From contig CAVOXA010000010.1 of assembly GCA_963700285.1 (NCBI GenBank), forward strand, positions 64,001 through 128,000: a stretch of 64,000 nt of DNA, in the 5' to 3' direction. The notes beneath the pieces were generated by a model, which ran no database searches, had not been told where the DNA came from, and saw only the letters and a program-made list of their open reading frames with translations. The DNA comes from an uncultured Chloroflexia bacterium. GTDB taxonomy: Bacteria > Chloroflexota > Anaerolineae > JAAYZQ01. A program made the translations under genes and the position numbers. This document shows, one piece after another, positions 1-9,259 of the stretch (the first letter of the stretch is position 1; every line of letters begins with the position of its first letter).

Positions 1-168
1 ATTCGGCATCAGCCTGTCTTGAACGAGTACTTCAAAGAACTCAACCGTACCAAGCATGCCGGTGTCGCTCGCGTGGCCACCGCCCGCAGGGCTATGGGCA
101 TCCTGTGGGCCATGCAGCGCGATCAGCATTCGCGGACCTTGGTGCTCAAGCGAGGTGCCCAGATGTAG
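1..168 (+). CDS. IS110-family transposase/recombinase, C-terminal fragment (5' end outside window)
   Basis: Frame 1 reads IRHQPVLNEYFKELNRTKHAGVARVATARRAMGILWAMQRD...GAQM*, matching the IS110 C-terminal pattern (Y..L...K....A.vA.ARk...I.WAM). Stop TAG at 166-168. Not in the supplied ORF track. Confidence 0.75.
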   Translation: MRHQPVLNEYFKELNRTKHAGVARVATARRAMGILWAMQRDQHSRTLVLKRGAQM

Positions 169-179
169 ACAACTACGAC

Positions 180-430
180 AGCTTTCGCGTCGCGGGCCAA
201 CGTCCGTTCGCGTAAACCCTACAACTGAGCCGTTGCCATGGGCAGTGCGCCAGGCGGAACGGGGGTCGGCCGACCTTCTCCTTGAGGTTATCCAGACCCT
301 CGACCAAAAGCCTGGACCGCCCCCGTTCCGTGGCGCTGAAACCCTGGATAAAGTTTGGTGAGCCCCTGCCTTCGGTACGCTCGAATACCAGGATAGGGAT
401 AACAGTGCCCGTTGATTGGCCGCTGGCAAA
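180..430 (+). ncRNA. Candidate bridge RNA / seekRNA of the IS110 element
   Basis: Stem 255-265/320-330 (11 bp perfect, extended by 247-252/331-336) encloses an internal loop and an inner hairpin. Loop segment CCAAAAGC (304-311) is the reverse complement of GCTTTTGG (574-581) at the putative element end. RNA boundaries approximate. Confidence 0.55.
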
Positions 431-676
431 CTGTGCCTGCCTCTGTTCAGTTGTTTGGTATCACTCGTCCGGCTCATATCTGGCCTGCTATTTCGAAAAG
501 CCTGTCTTTTGCGAGCTATGCTCGTGCACCTTTTCGGCATTCATTGGGAAAGGATTTGACTTCATGATAGTATGCTTTTGGAACCACTGAGACAGCGATT
601 CCGATGAAATCACGGCATCAATTCTATTCCTCGGAGCTTTCCGCCGAGCCAAAGGGCTCACAACTTCCGAGGTCCG

Positions 677-1573
677 TTAGCCTGCAATCAGCAGGCCGAT
701 GGCTACCAGCACCGGTGTGGCAACGGTCAGGAGGACGTTGTAGCCCAGGTAAGGTATCAGTTTCCCCACATCGTCGGCATAGCGGTATACCCCCAGCGCC
801 GTGGGAACTGCGACCAAGATGGTGAGGAGACCCAGGAGACTGGCAACAGGCAGCAGCGCCGACAGAACACCAGCGACGATGGTGAGGTAGGTCAGGGAGA
901 GAAACAAGCCGTAGATGAGACTACTCTTCTTTCTGCCCAGGACGATAGGATAATGCCGCCGGCCCACGCACTCGTCTGCCTCCACGTCGGGGAACTGATT
1001 CAGTAGCAGCAGGTCGCTGACCAGGAAAGTGGGCACCAGTGACGCAACCAAAGCCGTCCAGGTGTATTCGCCAGTGAGGACAAAATCAGTACCCATGACC
1101 ATCAACAACCCAAAGCCAAGACCTGGCGCCATAAGACACAGAAGCGGTGAATGGGTAACCCAGGGCGTATAGGCAACGATGACGAGCACGCCAAGGATCC
1201 CCAGAGGCAGGATAGACCAGCCCCAGACGGCCAGAAAAAAGAGGCCGATCAGGACCGTGACCGTCAGCGCGACTAGGCCAATGGTCAATGCCGAACGCGC
1301 CATCTCGGGCCTGGCGGCTAGGGTGCCACTTCCACCACTGAAGGGAGTGCGCTGAGTCTGGAGGTCCAAACCACTGCGGAAATCAAAGTATTCATTCAGG
1401 GCGTTGACACTAACGTGGGCGGCAGTTGCGCCAACGAAGGCCAGGACAACGTGAACGGGGTCAAGCTGGCCCCGGGTCCAGACGGCTGTACCCACGCCCA
1501 GCAGTACGCAGGCCAGCGGCAGCACAAGAAAAGGCAGGCGCATGGGCCCCAAGAGGGCTTTGGGTGAGTTCAT
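677..1573 (-). CDS. menA: UbiA/MenA-family prenyltransferase (DHNA polyprenyltransferase-like)
   Basis: NEYFD..G.D, TPFSGGS and NQFPDVEAD motifs; multiple TM segments. Confidence 0.8.
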   Translation of the reverse strand: MNSPKALLGPMRLPFLVLPLACVLLGVGTAVWTRGQLDPVHVVLAFVGATAAHVSVNALNEYFDFRSGLDLQTQRTPFSGGSGTLAARPEMARSALTIGLVALTVTVLIGLFFLAVWGWSILPLGILGVLVIVAYTPWVTHSPLLCLMAPGLGFGLLMVMGTDFVLTGEYTWTALVASLVPTFLVSDLLLLNQFPDVEADECVGRRHYPIVLGRKKSSLIYGLFLSLTYLTIVAGVLSALLPVASLLGLLTILVAVPTALGVYRYADDVGKLIPYLGYNVLLTVATPVLVAIGLLIAG

Positions 1574-1577
1574 CGTC

Positions 1578-2564
1578 TTAGTACCTCTCCAAGATCGGGC
1601 TTATGGGCATTGATGCTGCCGGTCCCGCTGATATAAGCCCGGCCATCTCCGCAGCGATCCGCACCGTCTGCAGGTGGACCTCTACCGTGTCCTGTACCCT
1701 GCGGCCGTAGCCACCGGCCATCACGATGGCAACTGGCAGGGCGGCATGGCGGCACATCGAGAGCACCAAACGATCTCGTTCCGCCAGACCAGCCTTGGTC
1801 AAGGCCAATCGCCCCAAAAGATCGCCTTCATGGGGATCGGCGCCGGCCAGATAGATGGCCAGCCGTCGGCCTTGAGCGTTCGAACCGGAGGAGTAGGTAA
1901 AGGCTTGGCCCAGGGCGCACCGCACCCCGGGCACCAGGGCTTGCAGGTACGCCGCATCCCCGGTACCGTCATCCAGCCCAATGTCCAGATCGCTCTGCTC
2001 CTTGAACAGCGGAAAGTTATTCTCGTTGTGGATGGAAAAAGAAAAGATGGTGGGGTCGCCGGTGACAATCGATGCCGTACCGTTCCCCTGATGGACGTCA
2101 CAATCCAGGACCACGATCTGTTCAACGCGGCTCTCAACCTGCATGGTACGGGCAGCGATAACGGCGTCGTTAAAGAGGCAGTATCCCTGGCCGCGATCGC
2201 GGAAAGCGTGGTGAGTGCCGCCGGACAGGCTGACGGCGATGCCGTCAGAGAGAGCCGCCCGGCAGGCCGCAATGGTCCCGCCGGCTGACCGTCGCGCCCT
2301 TACCACCAACTCTGGCGACCAGGGCAGGCCGATACGCCGGATCTCCTTGGGTGTGAGATCCCCCGCCTCCACCCGCGCCAAATAGTCCGCATCGTGGGCA
2401 AGCAGGATCTGCTCGTCAGTGGCCTCCTCAGGCACGATGAGGTCGTCCGCCGAGACCAGGCGCGCAGCGACGACAGCTTCCCGCAGCAGGCCATACTTTT
2501 GGCTGGGAAAGCGGTGCCCTTGGGGCAGCGGAAATTGGAATTGATCGGTATAGAAGACTCTCAC
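1578..2564 (-). CDS. Histone deacetylase family protein (class IV/HDAC11-like)
   Basis: [27 protein letters not shown] motifs. Confidence 0.9.
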   Translation of the reverse strand: MRVFYTDQFQFPLPQGHRFPSQKYGLLREAVVAARLVSADDLIVPEEATDEQILLAHDADYLARVEAGDLTPKEIRRIGLPWSPELVVRARRSAGGTIAACRAALSDGIAVSLSGGTHHAFRDRGQGYCLFNDAVIAARTMQVESRVEQIVVLDCDVHQGNGTASIVTGDPTIFSFSIHNENNFPLFKEQSDLDIGLDDGTGDAAYLQALVPGVRCALGQAFTYSSGSNAQGRRLAIYLAGADPHEGDLLGRLALTKAGLAERDRLVLSMCRHAALPVAIVMAGGYGRRVQDTVEVHLQTVRIAAEMAGLISAGPAASMPISPILERY

Positions 2565-2604
2565 GCTGGCCAGCCTTGTGAAGGCTCACAGCTTTCACGA
2601 GGTT

Positions 2605-3693
2605 CTAGCGGACCTTGCCCCGGCCCTGAATGGGCCATACGACTTCCACGATGCCATCCCGTATGCCAACCAACTGGTCGTGCAGGCAGACAGTCACATC
2701 TCCATAACCTACGACGAAATCCAGGGTGTCGCCAACTTTTATCTCTGAATTGGGCGCTGCCAGCACGAGCGTGCCATGCTCGGCCGACATGGAAGTAGAC
2801 TCAACGCCGGTAAGGCCCACAGCTTGCGGGGTGGCATGCCAGGTGGGCAGCGTCTTGAAACCAGCGTCCACGATGATACGTTCGGGAACCGGCCGGCTGG
2901 TAACCAGGGTACGGACGAACAAGGCAGGTTTCGTTTCCACCCCCCAGCGCTGGCTGGCCACATCGCCAAAGATGGCGCCCCCGGCCTGGATCTCGGTGAT
3001 ACCTGGTTGGAAGGCGGTAACGTAAAAGGTACCGGTCCCGCCGGCGCTGACGATATTCACCGGCAAGCCGGCCGCCCGGCAGCGCTCGGCGCTGTCCACG
3101 AGCAGCCCGACGGCCTCCTCGATCACGGGCTTGCGCCCCTCCAGTGTAGGTTCGCCCCGAGCATGACCCTCCCAGGCCATGAGCCCCTCGTACCGCAGGC
3201 CTGGGGTGTCGTACACGAGGCGGGACAGTTCCAGGGCCGGCAGGCCAGGGGCGACGCCGGCGCGATGCATGCCGACCTCCACCTCCACCAAAACACCTAT
3301 CTCCACACCCTTGGCCCTGGCCGCGGCACCCAGCTCGGCGACGTTGGATGGGTTGTCGACGGCCACTTTCACGTCAGCATGGCGGCGGAGGTTGGCCAGG
3401 CGGGCCGCCTTCGTCGGGCCCACAATCTGGTTGGCAATGAGAATATCGGTGATGCCGGCAGCAGCCATCACCTCCGCTTCGGCCAGCTTTGCGCAGGTGA
3501 CGCCGATGGCGCTGGCGGCTATCGCCTGGTGAGCGATGGCTGGCACCTTAATGCCCTTGGTGTGAGGGCGCCAAGACACTCCCGCCGCCTGAAAGTAACC
3601 TGCCAAATAGGCGATATTACTCTCCAGGACGTCCAAGTCCACCCAGAGTACAGGCGTATCCAAATCAGATATTCTGCAGTCGATTTCGGTCAT
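2605..3693 (-). CDS. DSD1-family PLP-dependent enzyme (D-threonine aldolase / D-serine dehydratase-like)
   Basis: LDTP..VDLD, RPHTK (PLP lysine), GGTGT, VDAGFK, SAEHG. Confidence 0.85.
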   Translation of the reverse strand: MTEIDCRISDLDTPVLWVDLDVLESNIAYLAGYFQAAGVSWRPHTKGIKVPAIAHQAIAASAIGVTCAKLAEAEVMAAAGITDILIANQIVGPTKAARLANLRRHADVKVAVDNPSNVAELGAAARAKGVEIGVLVEVEVGMHRAGVAPGLPALELSRLVYDTPGLRYEGLMAWEGHARGEPTLEGRKPVIEEAVGLLVDSAERCRAAGLPVNIVSAGGTGTFYVTAFQPGITEIQAGGAIFGDVASQRWGVETKPALFVRTLVTSRPVPERIIVDAGFKTLPTWHATPQAVGLTGVESTSMSAEHGTLVLAAPNSEIKVGDTLDFVVGYGDVTVCLHDQLVGIRDGIVEVVWPIQGRGKVR

Positions 3694-3909
3694 GGGGTTT
3701 GCCTCGCTTGAGAATAGGGTTTTTCAGTCGTGGTTGCCATCTGGTCAACACCGCCGGAGGCGCGTAACGCTGTACGATATGTCTGTTGGGCCCCCTGCCT
3801 CTCTCCTACCTGGCCACCCCATTATGCATCAAAAAGACGAGATCGACAAGCGCACGCTGAGCCGGGGAGGAAACAGGAGTCGGTGTTCTTGCTCGCATCG
3901 CCTCCATCT

Positions 3910-3938
3910 TTGATGCACCACTGGAGCCGTGGTATAAT
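3910..3938 (+). promoter_or_regulatory. Sigma70-type promoter upstream of rnhA
   Basis: TTGATG (3910-3915), 17 bp, TATAAT (3933-3938) with TG extended -10. Confidence 0.6.
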
Positions 3939-3961
3939 GGCTGCCAGCGAGGAAATCTGGC

Positions 3962-4942
3962 ATGGACCAACCCCAACTGGCTTCCGAACCCTTGAGGGAC
4001 GACCCATCTCTCAAGGTGGTTGTCTACACCGATGGTGGCTGTGACCCCAACCCCGGCCCGGGTGGTTGGGGGGCGATCATCCACTGGCACGATCGCGAAT
4101 GGGTGCTCAGCGGCAACGATCCTGCTACCACAAACAATCGCATGGAGATCCAGGCGGCAGCCGCGGCCCTGGCGCTGCTCCAGGGGATGCTGGGTCACTG
4201 CCAGGTGCAGATCTACACCGATTCGCAGTACTTGCGCCAGGGCATCACGGAATGGATCGATGGCTGGGTAGGCCGCGGCTGGCGTACCAACAACAGCGAA
4301 CCAGTCAAGAACCAAGACCTGTGGCGCCTGCTGCACCACCTGACCCAAGCGCACGATGTGTCCTGGCACTGGCTCAAGGGGCATGCCGGCCATCCCCTCA
4401 ACGAACGGGCTGACCGGCTGGCCAGCGAGGCACTGAAGGCGCTCCAGCGAGGTCCTGGCGCACAAAGCGTCCATCAGCCTGGCACCGAGAACCGAGCCAG
4501 TGTCGAGATCTATGTTAAAGCATCCTGTCGCGGCGCACAGGGCCCTGGTGGCTGGGGTGCTGTACTGCGCACCGGCGAGCACGCCAGGACCCTCACCGGC
4601 CAGGAACCCTCCACGACGGCCAACGCAATGCTAATCCGCGGCGCGACTGGGGCACTATTGGCGTTGAACCGCCCCTGCCGGGTGGCCCTCTATTCCGACG
4701 CCAAGTACCTGATTCAAGGGGCATCGCAGTGGGTCAAAGGCTGGCAGGCGCACGGTTGGCGGACCCGTGATGGCAAGCCGGTGGCCAACCAGGGCGAGTG
4801 GCAGGCGTTATTGGAGGCGGCCCGTCCCCACAACGTCACCTGGCTGCTGGCCCAGGGGGACGCCATCCCTAACGACCTGGAGCGGGCCGGCGAACTGGCT
4901 AGCCAGGCAGCGACATTGCAGAAAGCAGACGGGGAGATGTAA
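3962..4942 (+). CDS. rnhA: Ribonuclease HI with a second, degenerate RNase H domain
   Basis: Domain 1: YTDGGC.PNPGPGGW, TTNNRMEI, YTDSQY, KGHAGH..NERAD. Domain 2 repeats GPGGWGA and YSDAKY..QG..W..GW...GW. Confidence 0.9.
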   Translation: MDQPQLASEPLRDDPSLKVVVYTDGGCDPNPGPGGWGAIIHWHDREWVLSGNDPATTNNRMEIQAAAAALALLQGMLGHCQVQIYTDSQYLRQGITEWIDGWVGRGWRTNNSEPVKNQDLWRLLHHLTQAHDVSWHWLKGHAGHPLNERADRLASEALKALQRGPGAQSVHQPGTENRASVEIYVKASCRGAQGPGGWGAVLRTGEHARTLTGQEPSTTANAMLIRGATGALLALNRPCRVALYSDAKYLIQGASQWVKGWQAHGWRTRDGKPVANQGEWQALLEAARPHNVTWLLAQGDAIPNDLERAGELASQAATLQKADGEM

Positions 4943-5053
4943 CCAATCGTCCATTGTTACCGGCTAAAGCCGGCGGCTGTAGCCGGTAGCATCGAGCAGT
5001 TTGGCACCACATCCGCTCAGCCCGCCCTGCGGATCGAGTTTGGCGACTGCCAG

Positions 5054-6397
5054 CTATGCATCTGTAAGAGCCAAACGCTCTGGCAACAACAGGGTTGCAT
5101 CCGGCAGTTCATCTTCGATATCGCGCACATGCGAGTTCGCGCGAGCGGCCAGTGTGACCGCCACTTTGGCCAGCCCCATGATGACAAAGATCAAGCCGAT
5201 GCCGCGTCCGGGTCCGGAGCTCAGGATCTGCCCCACATTATTGGCCAAAGGCCCGTTGGCTGTCAGCAAAGGATTGAATACCCTATCAGCCAGGGGCCCC
5301 GCCAGGAGATAGGCCAACGGCGCCGCGGCTCTGGCGACCATCTGTTGGGCCGCAAAGACTCGCCCCTGGACATCGGGCTCGACCTTGGTCTGCCAGATGG
5401 ACTGGTTCGAGCCGTACACGATGGCGATGGATAGGTGGGCGCCAAAGACGCCAAGGGAGACCGGCCAGAAGGATGGTCTGAGACCAATGAGAACGAAACA
5501 TAGACCACTCAAAAGTTCACCATAGAGCACGCCCCGGATGCGACGTTGGGGCCCTCCCCAGACACTCATCACCAGACTGCCTGCGAGCATGCCGATCCCT
5601 GCGATGGAGATGATGTAACCCAGGACATCGCTCGACGTCCAACTGAGGATCATGGGCGCAATCAGGGCCGCGACCATACCCCAAAGGAAATTGACGACCG
5701 CAAGGAATGCCAGTAGGCCCATCAGGCCGGGTCGAGTGCTGATATACTCCCAGCCAAAAGTAAGGTTGTGCCATAGCGATTCCTGCTTTGGCGTGTTGTC
5801 CGGGGCAGCCTCGGGTCTGGGGAGTCGGACGAGCAGCAAGGTGGCCACGGCAAAGACAAAGGTAGCTACATCGATCAGGATCACACCCTGCAACTGGATC
5901 GTACCAACAAGAACTCCCGCCAGTGCCGGGGCCAGAATCTCTGAAGCCGCCTGCCCGAACTGCGCCAGCCCATTGGCCCGGCCCAGATGTTCCTTGGGTA
6001 CCAGGAGGGACGTGACCGCCATGAAGGCAGGCCACTGAACGGTGCCAAAGGCCGCGCTAGTAGCTGTCAGCAAGTAGATGTGCCAGGTTTCTAGCCGTCC
6101 CGAAAAGATCAGAAGGACGATCATCAACGTGCTAAGGCCGGCACCGGCATCGCCAGCGATCATGACCCAGCGGCGATCCCACCGGTCAACGACCACGCCG
6201 GCCAGAGGTGACAGGGCCACCCGGGGCAGGACGGCGCACAACCCTATCAGGGCAAACTGTGTAGCTGAGCCCGTACGCTGGAACGTCCAGACGCCCAAGG
6301 CAAAACTGGTGAGCCCCGACCCAACCAATGAGACGGCTTGCCCAAGCCAGATAATGGTGAATGTAGTCATCCCACGTGACGAAACCTTCGCAGTCAC
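5054..6397 (-). CDS. MFS transporter (DHA3/macrolide-efflux-like)
   Basis: W.GQ.VS..GS, G.VVDRWDRR motif A, QGRVF. GTG at 6397 chosen for its GAGGAAGG RBS. Confidence 0.85.
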   Translation of the reverse strand: MTAKVSSRGMTTFTIIWLGQAVSLVGSGLTSFALGVWTFQRTGSATQFALIGLCAVLPRVALSPLAGVVVDRWDRRWVMIAGDAGAGLSTLMIVLLIFSGRLETWHIYLLTATSAAFGTVQWPAFMAVTSLLVPKEHLGRANGLAQFGQAASEILAPALAGVLVGTIQLQGVILIDVATFVFAVATLLLVRLPRPEAAPDNTPKQESLWHNLTFGWEYISTRPGLMGLLAFLAVVNFLWGMVAALIAPMILSWTSSDVLGYIISIAGIGMLAGSLVMSVWGGPQRRIRGVLYGELLSGLCFVLIGLRPSFWPVSLGVFGAHLSIAIVYGSNQSIWQTKVEPDVQGRVFAAQQMVARAAAPLAYLLAGPLADRVFNPLLTANGPLANNVGQILSSGPGRGIGLIFVIMGLAKVAVTLAARANSHVRDIEDELPDATLLLPERLALTDA

Positions 6398-6542
6398 AGA
6401 ACAGCCCTTCCTCAGCTTCAAAGTTCCCGAACTGTGGAACAGAAACACGAGATAGATCAAAGACCTTCCCACTAGCGGTAGTCAACTCTGACCGTGAATT
6501 TAGGTCTTTGTGGCAGGCCAGAGTAGGCAAACAGTCTCCGCC

Positions 6543-6830
6543 CTAGCCGTCCTGCTCGAACAGACGGTGGCTGGCGCTGGCATCATAGTCCATGTCGTAG
6601 ACCGCCTTCAGTGCCGCAATACGCTCCTGGGCCTCCGCATCAAATGCGGGTTTGCCCTCAAAGGCATGCAGGACAATTCCCTCCAACAGATCACCCAGCG
6701 ACAGATCGAAATACTCGGCCAATGCCTTGAGCACCTTCAACATCCTCTTCTCTATGCGAACCCCTGTTTGGACTCGCTCTACGCGCAGTCTGGGTTGCTC
6801 CGCAGCCGATGTATGTTTTGCTTCCGACAC
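6543..6830 (-). CDS. Small ribbon-helix-helix-like DNA-binding protein
   Basis: RVQTGVRIEKRMLKVLKALAEYFDLSLGDLLEGIV has the RHH strand-helix-helix pattern; GAGGTG RBS. Confidence 0.6.
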   Translation of the reverse strand: MSEAKHTSAAEQPRLRVERVQTGVRIEKRMLKVLKALAEYFDLSLGDLLEGIVLHAFEGKPAFDAEAQERIAALKAVYDMDYDASASHRLFEQDG

Positions 6831-6869
6831 CTTCGTTCACCTCGCATTCCGCTTTCCCTGGATATGGCC

Positions 6870-6942
6870 TACTTGACAAAGTCGTTTCGTTATCTCGGTA
6901 CCTATGTATATAGATAACATACCTTCTGATCTTTGTCAAGTA
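6870..6942. promoter_or_regulatory. Nested inverted repeats containing opposed TTGACA hexamers (putative operator/promoter region)
   Basis: TACTTGACAAAG (6870-6881)/CTTTGTCAAGTA (6931-6942), 12-bp perfect IR; inner GTTATCT (6889-6895)/AGATAAC (6912-6918). Confidence 0.55.
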
Positions 6943-6996
6943 CGATGGCATTGCTGAAAAACTACAGACCGCGGTGCCCAGGATACCCAAAGCTCT

Positions 6997-7659
6997 TTGA
7001 TCATGCTCGCATTCGTCGCCTTTTTGATCTCCCTCGTGCTATCCATACCGTTGGGGATCACCGCTGCCCTCAAGCAGGGAACGACCCTGGATCGGGCCAT
7101 CATGGCCTTTGCCGTAGCCGGTGTGGCGGTGCCGGCTATTTGGCTTGGCTTGACGTTGATCCTGGTCTTTTCGGTGCAACTGAACTGGCTGCCACCAGCG
7201 GGCTATGTGCCCTTTTTCAAAGATCCGGTAGAGAGCCGGAGACGGGTACTGATGCCAGCCGTGACACTCTCCTTCTACCTGACGGCCACTTTCACCCGTT
7301 TTCTACGGGCGGACATGATAGAGGTCCTCAACGAGGACTATATCCGAACCGCCCGGGCCAAGGGGCTGCGCGAACGGCTTGTACTCTCCCGCCATGCCCT
7401 GCGGAATGCATTCATCCCACTGCTGACGGTGATGGGCATCGAGGTTGGCGCTCTGCTGGGGGGAGTGGTCCTGGTGGAACAGATCTTTGGCTGGTCCGGG
7501 ATAGGCTGGCTGACCCTACAGGGCGTCTATAATCGCGACTATAACCTGGTCCAGGCGGCCATCGTGCTCATCGCCGTTGCCTATACCATGATTAACTTTT
7601 CTGTCGACATTGGCTATGCTTTTCTAAATCCTCGTATCCGCGAACAGTACAGAGCCTGA
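6997..7659 (+). pseudogene. Dipeptide/oligopeptide ABC permease (DppB/OppB-like), N-terminally truncated
   Basis: EDYIRTARAKGL, HALRNA, VEQIFGWSGIG, RDY motifs; 220 aa, lacking the usual N-terminal ~90 aa. Confidence 0.7.
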
Positions 7660-7673
7660 CGAGTGCGACTCCC

Positions 7674-8081
7674 ATGAAGTGGCTGAGCTTTCTGCGGCGG
7701 GACTGGTCTTTTACCATCGTACTTGCAGTCCTGCTCTTTTTTGTACTGACAATCTTCATTCCAGAGATTCTGGCGCCCTATTCCCCTTACGAACAGCATC
7801 CCAAGGATGCGCTCCAACCTCCCTCCGGACGCTACTGGCTTGGCACGGACCAGTCTGGACGGGACATTCTCATCGAATCGGGCCTCAGCTACCTGGGACT
7901 GGGCATCCAACCCCCAACAGCGTCCTGGGGCAACATGCTCCAGCACGCTCATGCCTATCTCTACCAAGCGCCATGGTTTGTGATTGCCACGGGTACGATC
8001 ATTTTTGCCGCGGTACTTGTCTTCAACCTGGCCGGGGATCGGCTCCGCGAGATCGTTGATCCACGCTTGCGCAGGCTGTAG
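7674..8081 (+). pseudogene. Dipeptide/oligopeptide ABC permease (DppC/OppC-like) with large in-frame internal deletion
   Basis: N-terminal WLGTDQSGRDIL joins directly to C-terminal IESGLSYLGLGIQPPTASWG; central TM and EAA region absent. Confidence 0.8.
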
Positions 8082-8280
8082 GAGTGCCCTGTCGCAGGTA
8101 GCCTGGTTGCCACCTGAGCGTGACCCGCAGCATTTCCCCCGATCCGCCCCGAGGTTTGGCGGAGACGCTCATCGTTGAGTGGTCTTGCATATCCAGGCCG
8201 GATGTGCTACACTTTGCCTCGGTAATACACAGGGCACCAAACCACAGAACAGACAGGTACTGGCCAAGGTATCCACATAT

Positions 8281-9006
8281 ATGTTCATTCTCACCTTCAT
8301 TACTGTTCTTATGGCCAGCCTCGTCGCGGGTCTCACCGGTTTCGGGTTTGCGATCGTTGCCGTACCTATCTTGATGATCCTGATGCCGCCCAAGGTCGTG
8401 GTGCCCCTTGTCCAATTGCTTTCAGCGGTACTTCAGATTTCAGTACTGATAGAAGCCAGGATGTGGATCAACCTGAAACGGATGTGGCCGTTGCTCCTGG
8501 CGGGCATCATGGGCGTTCCCCTGGGCACCTATCTGCTCTTGATCCTGGCCCCTCAGACACTGCGTACTCTGGTGGGCGCGGTGGTGGTGGTATCTGCTCT
8601 GGCCATGCTGGCCGGCTGGCGGTGGTCGGTGCGCAACGAGAAGCTGGCCTCGGTACCGGTGGGGCTGGCAGGCGGCGCCTTGGGTGGCAGTACCGGGATT
8701 CCGGGACCACCGGTGATCCTGTTCTTCTCGAACCAAGAGATGCCCAAGCAGTCTTTCCGGGCCAATCTCGTCCTGTACTTCACCTGTGTCGGGCTGGTGG
8801 GGGTGCTGTCCCTGCTCATCGGAGGGCTGATTACCGAGGAGGTCTTGGTGCACTGGGTGGGGTTACTGCCAGCTGTAGCGCTCGGAACGTTGGCAGGTGT
8901 GTGGTTGGCGCGGCGCGTCAACCAGGTCCGATTCCAGCAGATCACCCTGGGCGTACTCATCCTGACTGGGGTTGCAGCCATTGCCTCCGGTTTGAGCCTG
9001 TTCTGA
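8281..9006 (+). CDS. Sulfite exporter TauE/SafE family protein
   Basis: GLTGFGFA..VP and GGSTGIPGPP repeated halves; about 8 TM segments. Start approximate. Confidence 0.85.
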   Translation: MFILTFITVLMASLVAGLTGFGFAIVAVPILMILMPPKVVVPLVQLLSAVLQISVLIEARMWINLKRMWPLLLAGIMGVPLGTYLLLILAPQTLRTLVGAVVVVSALAMLAGWRWSVRNEKLASVPVGLAGGALGGSTGIPGPPVILFFSNQEMPKQSFRANLVLYFTCVGLVGVLSLLIGGLITEEVLVHWVGLLPAVALGTLAGVWLARRVNQVRFQQITLGVLILTGVAAIASGLSLF

Positions 9007-9259
9007 CATGGCCTTGACCAGTCAAGTTCCTTCCAATGGCACATTACTCTGTAGAGACAACCTTGTCCGAGGAAGAACCAACATAATGGCCAATACACAT
9101 CAACGACCGGCCATCGACATGCACACACATATACATCCGGACATGGCAGCCATGCTGGCGGAAATCATATAGAGACACCAGATGGAAGTCGAACAAAGAG
9201 ATCTCGCCGGGGTATCCATTTGTGACAGGCCCAGCGGGATTGTCCACGAGAGAGGTACC

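Larger units (their letters stand above)
1..576 (+). mobile_element. Right part of an IS110-family insertion sequence (transposase 3' end plus long downstream non-coding end)
   Basis: Transposase tail, then ~400 nt of structured non-coding DNA ending in TTGACTTCATGATAGTATG-CT (556-576). An outward -35 hexamer near the end and a CT core are typical of IS110 ends. Exact boundary is inferred. Confidence 0.65.

Noticed and set aside
56-825. ORF-track entries 56..361, 282..590 and 604..825
   Set aside because: No recognisable motifs; they overlap the transposase tail, the structured IS end, or menA antisense.
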